Positions 58,061-64,000 of a stretch of 64,000 bases of DNA are shown piece by piece. Origin of the DNA: Alphaproteobacteria bacterium (GTDB lineage Bacteria; Pseudomonadota; Alphaproteobacteria; Bin95); the NCBI GenBank assembly GCA_964291285.2, contig OZ219786.1, forward strand, positions 160,001 through 224,000. The letters run 5' to 3'. The notes beneath the pieces are model-generated. The model worked only from the letters and a program-made list of their open reading frames with translations, searched no databases and was not told where the DNA came from. A program made the position numbers and the translations under genes. Within the stretch, counting starts at the first letter, position 1. Every line of letters starts with the position of its first letter.

Positions 58061-58477
58061 TCACTCCCCGAACGGCATGATGCCGTATTCTTCATGGGTC
58101 AGGTTGACGACGCCGCCGTCCTCGGCGACCTGGGTCACGATCAGGTAGTTGACGCCGTCGCGCCTGTAGAGGTCGCCGTCCACCGTGACCTGGTGGGACT
58201 GGATGTCGATGACGCGCGGATTGTCCACCGGGTCCTCGTCCTCGATGCGGAGCACCATATAGACCGTCCCGTCATCGCCCTTGATGGAGACGGGAATGCC
58301 GCCGACCGCGCACCAGACCGCGCATTGATGGTGCGCCGTGCCCTCGGCGAACATGATCTCGGTGACATAGCACCAGGTGTCGATGACCTCGCCCGCGACG
58401 CGGACGCGCTCCGGCGCCGCGGCCTGCGCCCCGGAGACGCAGGCGAGCGCCAGAATTCCCGCCAGCAATGCCCTCAT
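58061..58477 (-). CDS. Exported hypothetical protein with Cys/His cluster
   Basis: Signal peptide; DTWCY and HHQCAVWC; RBS GGAG; core-like codon usage. Confidence 0.7.
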   Translation of the reverse strand: MRALLAGILALACVSGAQAAAPERVRVAGEVIDTWCYVTEIMFAEGTAHHQCAVWCAVGGIPVSIKGDDGTVYMVLRIEDEDPVDNPRVIDIQSHQVTVDGDLYRRDGVNYLIVTQVAEDGGVVNLTHEEYGIMPFGE

Positions 58478-58615
58478 TCAACCGCACTCCTCAGAGCGCA
58501 CCGGTGGGTGCTAACTATCTGACGCAGCGTCGTTTTTTCTCCCGAAATGCAGCGGTCGGGGAAGCGGGTCGCAAGGGCCCGTTCCCCGCCTGCAACCGGA
58601 GCCGGGAGAAACGCA

Positions 58616-59740
58616 ATGGCGAAGACTACCCTCACCGAAACGCGCGTGAAGGCGCTCAAGCCCCGCAAGTCGGTCCGCGAGGTCCGCGACGGCAGGCTGA
58701 GGGGCTTCGGCGTCCGTGTGTCGCCCTCGGGCCGCAAGCAGTTCTTCATCCACTGCCAGCATCGCGGCGCGCGCATCTGGAAGATCGTCGGCGACGCCGC
58801 GTCCATGAGCGTCACGGACGCGCGGGCGGCGGCTGCGGAGATGCTGGCCGCCATCAGGCGCGGCGGGGAGGCGCCGCTCACGCCGGACGAAACGCTCTTC
58901 GAGGCCGTCGCCGGGATCGCGTTCCGCCGTCACGAGGGCGTCTGGAAGCCCGGAACGATGATCGTGAACCGCAACTATCTGTGCAACCAGCTTCTGCCGC
59001 ATTTCGCCGGGCGGCAGATCGCGGCCATCGACCGGCAGGAGGTGAGGAACTGGTTCGCCCGCCTGCGCGCGACGCCGGTGGCGGCGGACCGGTCGATGCC
59101 GGTGCTGTCCGTCATCATGAGGGAGGCGGAAGCCATGGGCCTGCGCCCGGAAGGGTCCAACCCCTGCCGGGGGATCAGGCGCTACCGCCGCAAGGGCCGC
59201 GAGCGGTTCCTCTGCGCCGACGAACTGCGCCGCCTGTCCGCGCGGCTCAAGGCGCATGAGGCCCGCTGGCCGCAGCATGTCGCCGTCATCCGCCTGCTGC
59301 TGCTGACCGGATGCCGCAAGGGCGAGATCCTCACCCTGCAATGGTCCGACTACCGGGAAGGCCGCCTGTTCCTCCGCGACTCCAAGACGGGCCCCCGGAC
59401 GGTCTGGCTCTCCGAACCGGCCCGGACGGTGCTTGATCGTCTCGAGCGGAAGGGGCGGTGGATATTCCCGGCATCGAGGGGCGACCGGCCCCGGAGCGGG
59501 TGCTGGCTGTTCCACTTCTGGAACCGGGTCCGCGCCGAGGCGGACCTGGAGGACGCCCGCCTTCACGACCTGCGCCATACGCATGCGAGCCTTGCCCTGA
59601 GACAGGGCGAGACGGTGCTCGCCATCGGCCGGCTGCTGGGCCACCGCAGGCCGGAAACCACGCTGAAATATACCCATGTCGCCGACGCCATGGTGCAGGA
59701 CGCAGCCGAGACGGTCGGCGCCGTGCTGGAGGCAGACTGA
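58616..59740 (+). CDS. Tyrosine integrase B1
   Basis: LRGFGVRV, LTGCRKGE, SKT, HDLRH, LGH, TLKY. Confidence 0.93.
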   Translation: MAKTTLTETRVKALKPRKSVREVRDGRLRGFGVRVSPSGRKQFFIHCQHRGARIWKIVGDAASMSVTDARAAAAEMLAAIRRGGEAPLTPDETLFEAVAGIAFRRHEGVWKPGTMIVNRNYLCNQLLPHFAGRQIAAIDRQEVRNWFARLRATPVAADRSMPVLSVIMREAEAMGLRPEGSNPCRGIRRYRRKGRERFLCADELRRLSARLKAHEARWPQHVAVIRLLLLTGCRKGEILTLQWSDYREGRLFLRDSKTGPRTVWLSEPARTVLDRLERKGRWIFPASRGDRPRSGCWLFHFWNRVRAEADLEDARLHDLRHTHASLALRQGETVLAIGRLLGHRRPETTLKYTHVADAMVQDAAETVGAVLEAD

Positions 59741-60885
59741 TGGCGGGCCGGGAACGGATGAAACTCACCGACGCCGCCGTCGCCCGTCTCCGCCCCCGCG
59801 AGCGGGAATATACGGTCCGGGACACGCGCATCGCCGGCCTTGGCGTCCGGGTGCGGCCCACCGGCGGGCGCAGCTGGGTGCTGCTGCTCGACAGCGGCGG
59901 GCGCACGAAGCGCATCTCGCTCGGCCCGGTCGGCGTGAAGAGCCTGGAGGAGGTGCGCAGGGAATGCCATGCCCGCAAGGCGAACCCCGAGCCGGAGAAA
60001 GAGGCCCGGCCGGCGCGGCCGGTCCCGCTGTTCCGGGATTTCGTCACCGGTCCATGGAAGGAGGCGCATTTCGACGGCTACAAGCCCTCGACGCAGAGGA
60101 CCGCCCGCTATCAGCTTGCGGGCCAGCTCCTGCCGGCATTCGGATCGAAGCCGCTGGACCGCATCGGCGAGGCCGCCATCCGGCGCTGGTTCGAGCGATA
60201 CAGCCGCACCGCGCCGGGCAACGCCAATCACTGCCTTGCCCGTCTGCGGCAGATACTCAACTTCGCCCTCGCCTGCGGCCACATCGAGGTCAATCCCGTC
60301 GGGCGCATCGCCCCGAACCGCCGCACGGCGCTCACGCGGTTCCTGTCCCGGGAGGAACTCGCACGCCTCCATGCCGCCCTGGACGCGCAGACCCGGAAGA
60401 GCGCGCGGCAACAGGCCGACATCGTCCGCCTCCTGCTGCTGACCGGCTGCCGCAGAAGCGAGATCACGGGCCTCGGCTGGTCGGAAGTCCGCGAGGACGG
60501 GCTGGCGCTCACCGATGCCAAGACCGGACCGAGGACGGTTCCACTCAACAGACAGGCCCGCGCCATTCTCGACCGGCAGACGCGCGCGGGCAGCGCGTTC
60601 GTGTTTCCCTCGCCGTGCGACCCCGCCCGCCCGCGCAGCCCGGACCTGCCGCTCTGGTACCGCGTCAGACGCGAAGCCGGCATCGGGGATGTCCGCCTTC
60701 ATGACCTGCGCCATACCATGGCCAGCCATGCGGTGATGAACGGCGTGCCCGTCCCGGTGGTCTCCCGCCTGCTCGGCCATTCCAGTGTGCGCATGACGCT
60801 GCGCTACGCCCATCTTGCCGACCGCGACATCGAGGCCGCCGCGGAACGCGTCGGGCAGGCCATGAGCGCCATCATGGAGACATGA
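59740..60885 (+). CDS. Tyrosine integrase B2
   Basis: TGATG overlap with B1; AGLGVRV, LTGCRRSE, AKT, HDLRH, LGH, TLRY. Confidence 0.93.
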   Translation: MAGRERMKLTDAAVARLRPREREYTVRDTRIAGLGVRVRPTGGRSWVLLLDSGGRTKRISLGPVGVKSLEEVRRECHARKANPEPEKEARPARPVPLFRDFVTGPWKEAHFDGYKPSTQRTARYQLAGQLLPAFGSKPLDRIGEAAIRRWFERYSRTAPGNANHCLARLRQILNFALACGHIEVNPVGRIAPNRRTALTRFLSREELARLHAALDAQTRKSARQQADIVRLLLLTGCRRSEITGLGWSEVREDGLALTDAKTGPRTVPLNRQARAILDRQTRAGSAFVFPSPCDPARPRSPDLPLWYRVRREAGIGDVRLHDLRHTMASHAVMNGVPVPVVSRLLGHSSVRMTLRYAHLADRDIEAAAERVGQAMSAIMET

Positions 60886-60990
60886 CCGGGGCGGCCGCGA
60901 CCGGCCCGCTTCTTCATGAGCGAATGGCGCCGGTCTTCTTCCTGCGCCGCACCCGGTGACGGTGAGGTTCCCTGCTATCGGCGTGTCCGG

Positions 60991-62248
60991 TCAGAACTGT
61001 CGCACGAAGGAGAGTTCGGCGCGGTTTCGTTTGTAGTCGAGGGCCTGGGCGTTGGTATCGCGCTCCTCGCGGATGAGCGAGAGGCGGGGGCTGAAGCCGA
61101 GCACGGTGACGGCGCGGTTGTGCACGGAGAGCGAGAGGGTGCGCGTCTCGTCCCGGCGCGGCCTGCGGTCGATGGTATTGTGGGCGAAGCCCTGTCCCCG
61201 GTATGCGGCGCGCTGCAGGGAGGCGCGCAGGCCGAGGGTGAAGCCGGCCGGCAGCGCGAGCGTCGCGCCGAGGCCGGCCCAGGGTCCGCGGTTGCGCCAG
61301 TGTCCGGCATTGGCGCGGGTCCGGTTGTATCCGGCATGGCCGCCGAGGCGCAGGACGGGCAGGGCGGCCCAGCTTGCGCCGAGCATCGCATCGCCCGCCG
61401 GGCCGTCGAGATGGTTGCAGCCGCGGCAGTTGCGCCGGGTGGCGCTGGCGCGGGCGAACAGGGCGAGGCGCGGCGTCAGGCGGTGCGCGCCTTCCAGCCG
61501 GACGCCGAAGCGGTCGGTCCCGGGCCGCCCGGCGGTCCATTGCCGGTCCACCACCGCCAGCAGGCTCGCCTCCGTGCTCCCGTCGATCAGCCGGCGCGGG
61601 CCGATATGGGCCGAGAGCGAATGGCGGTCGAACGCCCCTCCCTTGTATTCGCGCGCGCTGGCGTCCGCCCCGGCGCGCAGCCGCAGGGCCGGCGAAAGCG
61701 GAACCTGGTATTCGCCGCCGCCCCACAGCGAGACGCCGATGCCCGACTTGCGCGACACGTCGCCGTCGAGGGTGAAGGGCAGGCGCCCGAAGGGCGTGTC
61801 GAGGAAGACCGTGCGCTCCCCCGACGCGGCGTTGAGGTTGCTGTCGGGCGCCACCGCCAGGCCGAAATGCGCCTCCCAGCGCCGCCGCGCGCGCATGATG
61901 TCGAGAAAGCGCCGGATGTTGGCGGCCACCGCCGGCGGCGGCGTCCCCGCCAGAACCTGTTCGAAATGCCGCCGCGCCAGGCTGTCCTCCTCCTTCAGGA
62001 AGAAGGCGTGCGCGAGTTCCAGACGCACACACACGCACCAGGTCCGGGCGGTCCACCAGGATGGCCCGGAACGCCGCAATCGCCTCGTCGAGCTTCCCGT
62101 CGCGGGCGTCCCGGTCCGGGGCGGCCTGCGCGGCGGCAAGCGCCTCCATGCCCGCCCGGAACCGCGGGCCGGTCGCGTCCTGGCCGTGGGCGGCCACGAC
62201 AGCGAACAGATACAGCCCGGCCGCAATGACGAGAGCGGGTATGCGCAT
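60991..62248 (-). pseudogene. Slam/DUF560-like outer-membrane exporter (TPR plus beta-barrel), frameshifted at a (GT)n tract
   Basis: The signal-peptide frame reads ...RPDLVRV and another frame continues RLELAHAFF...PDSNLN...ELSFVRQF; 4 extra bases at 62026-62034. Confidence 0.75.
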
Positions 62249-62302
62249 GGGAACCCCTGTCCGTGCAAGGGGAACCTCCGGCCGCCCGGAGAGCGACGGA
62301 GG

Positions 62303-62337
62303 AAAGAAGGCCCCGGCCGCGCGAAGCGGCCGGGGCC
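62303..62337 (-). terminator. Intrinsic terminator-like hairpin
   Basis: 12-bp GC stem GGCCCCGGCCGC / GCGGCCGGGGCC followed by TTCTTT on the minus strand. Confidence 0.65.
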
Positions 62338-62364
62338 CGGGAACGCGGATGTTCCGGGAGCAGT

Positions 62365-62574
62365 CTACTCCGTCGTCTCCGTCTGCATCCTCGTCGAGAA
62401 TGCGCCGGCAGCGTGCCCGTTCGAGAAGTGGCTGTTGAAGTTACCGAGGTACCCGGCCGGGCGCCCCACGCCGTCCTGGCTGAAGGGATAAGCCTGCCAC
62501 TGGCCGGGCTTGTCGCTGGCGGAACCGCCGGCGGAACCCGTGGCAAGGCCGTAGAGGACGTCACCGACAGTACT
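62365..62574 (-). pseudogene. C-terminal remnant of a TbpB-like beta-barrel surface protein (probable Slam cargo)
   Basis: Not in the ORF track; reads ...GQWQAYPFSQDGVGRPAGYLGNFNSHFSNGHAAGAFSTRMQTETTE* and is cut at the IS630 end. Confidence 0.55.
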
Positions 62575-62578
62575 GATA

Positions 62579-63799
62579 CCAACCGCAAGTCATATAGACC
62601 GATGCATTGGGTCGTGGGGATCGTCACGATGGTGCGACGGCCCAGCTTCGCCGGGTTGTTTTGGTGATGATGTCGGGTTGCTCGATGAGCCATTGCCATG
62701 CCGTCCGGCAGGCTTCTCTCAGGGCGGCGACATCCTTGAACACACGGTTGGCGAAGCGGTTCGATTTCAGGACCAGTATGATCTGCTCCATGGGATTGAG
62801 TTCCGGACTGTATGGCGGCAGATGCAGGAGCGTCAGATTGGGGGGGACGAGAAGGTCGCCCGAGCGATGCCAGCCTGCCCCGTCCAGTATGACCACGCCG
62901 TGCGCACCCGGCGCCACGGCCGCGCCGATCGCCGCCAGATGCTCGTTCATCGCCGCCGTGTTCGCCCTGTCCGCCACATGGGCGATGCCGACGCCGCGCT
63001 GTGCGCAGGTGGCGCCGAACAGATAGACATAGCCATAGCGATGGTCGCGCACGATGCGCGGACGTTGCCTCCCGCGCGCCCAGACGCGCGTCGTCATCCC
63101 TTTCTGGCCGATGCGCGCCTCGTCCTGGAACCAGATTTCGATCGGGCCCGCCAGCGCCTCGGAACTGAGCATCGACGTCACCCTTGCCTCGAAGTCCGCC
63201 ACGAACGCCCCCTGCCGCTCCGCGTCGGCCCTGGGGTGGACCGGCCGTCCCGAGACAAAACGAAACCCGGCCCTTCGGAGCATCATACGGGCGCCGCTCT
63301 CCGTATAAATGACCCCGAAGGCCTCCTCGATTTTCCGTATGATGTCCTGAACCCGCCAGCGCGTGACACCGTCCCGCTCAAGATCGGGACCCGCCTCGAC
63401 CCACAACCCGATCTCGGCAATCCGAGCCTCCGTCAACCGACCATCGCTGCCCCCGCGAGGACGATCCGCAAGCCCCTCGAACCCCTCCGCATTGTAGCGC
63501 AGCACCCAGTCGCGCAGAACTTGAAGCTCCATGCCCTGCGCCCGCGCCGCCTCCGTGCGCGACGCCCCATCCATGATCATCGCGATCGCACGAGCCCGAC
63601 AGGCTTGCTTCGCCTCACCGCAGCGCTTCGCCAGATCATGGAGATCGTCCGATCCATGCTCCGTCCAGGTTATCGGCGTCGCCGCACCCATCATCATCCT
63701 CCAACCCCAAGACTGCCTGACATCACTCTATCAACGTTGTCCGGCACCTCACCTCAACACAACATGTTGGAACAATGAGTCAATTCGAACCGCGCTTGG
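62579..63799 (-). mobile_element. IS630-family element
   Basis: TA duplicated at 62577-62578 and 63800-63801; ends CCAACCGC / CCAAGCGC. Confidence 0.88.
62624..63697 (-). CDS. IS630-family transposase (single ORF)
   Basis: WFQDEARIGQKG, LDGAGWH, LPPYSPELNPME. Confidence 0.93.
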   Translation of the reverse strand: MMMGAATPITWTEHGSDDLHDLAKRCGEAKQACRARAIAMIMDGASRTEAARAQGMELQVLRDWVLRYNAEGFEGLADRPRGGSDGRLTEARIAEIGLWVEAGPDLERDGVTRWRVQDIIRKIEEAFGVIYTESGARMMLRRAGFRFVSGRPVHPRADAERQGAFVADFEARVTSMLSSEALAGPIEIWFQDEARIGQKGMTTRVWARGRQRPRIVRDHRYGYVYLFGATCAQRGVGIAHVADRANTAAMNEHLAAIGAAVAPGAHGVVILDGAGWHRSGDLLVPPNLTLLHLPPYSPELNPMEQIILVLKSNRFANRVFKDVAALREACRTAWQWLIEQPDIITKTTRRSWAVAPS

Positions 63800-63801
63800 T
63801 A

Positions 63802-63952
63802 TCAGTCCCGGAACCCGGTCTTCCCGGTCCCCGGAAACGACCGGGTCGAGGAGGAAGCGCGAGACCATCTTTCCCGCCGCCGCAGCCCTCTCGCGGATCG
63901 CCTCGCGCTCCGCCTTGCTGCAATGCAGGTTCCTCGGCTGCTTTCGCCTCAT
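63802..63952 (-). pseudogene. MobC-like ribbon-helix-helix protein N-terminus, cut by IS630
   Basis: NLHCSKAEREAIRERAAAAGKMVSRFLL resembles an RHH strand-helix-helix; RBS GGAG upstream. Confidence 0.45.
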
Positions 63953-64000
63953 TACCGCAAAGCTCCCTCCGATCCGGTATCCCGCCCCGTGCTCTCCGGC

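Larger units (their letters stand above)
44927..64000. mobile_element. Integrase- and IS-rich genomic island; right end not seen
   Basis: Starts at the truncation of the ligase gene; contains four tyrosine integrases and five IS-type elements. It may be more than one element. Confidence 0.7.

Noticed and set aside
1-64000. tRNA or rRNA genes, including a tRNA integration target
   Set aside because: None recognised by eye; a tRNAscan-SE or Infernal run would be needed to exclude them.

Overview
GC-rich bacterial DNA, most likely alphaproteobacterial (inferred from gene content), in two parts. Positions ~1-44,930 are mostly catabolic and housekeeping genes: a PLP decarboxylase, TusA and a persulfide dioxygenase, enoyl-CoA hydratases, tandem SDR and luciferase-like monooxygenase paralogs, a Rieske oxygenase, CoxD/CoxE-like genes, yajC-secD-secF, a glycosyltransferase-FolM-FolB operon, a haloalkane dehalogenase, PBP1A and TPP enzymes. 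Two genes here are split in the ORF track by an in-frame TGA but look like selenoproteins (U-G-S-C and U-P-N-C), each with a similar SECIS-like hairpin. This part also has a vanadium haloperoxidase split by an IS256 and a dispersed ~500-bp non-coding element ending in CATGAC repeats with 10-bp spacing. From ~44,930 to the end is a mobile island that truncates an acyl-CoA ligase gene. It contains an unusual IS66-like transposon (a long TnpC plus a DUF4338/DruA-like gene, no tnpA/tnpB, 132-bp inverted repeats that include coding sequence), two tandem pairs of tyrosine integrases, ISKra4-like, IS630 and unclassified IS elements, a HEPN-like gene, and a Slam-like exporter gene frameshifted at a (GT)n tract next to a remnant of its probable cargo. 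Family assignments come from motifs recognised by eye; no database searches were run.
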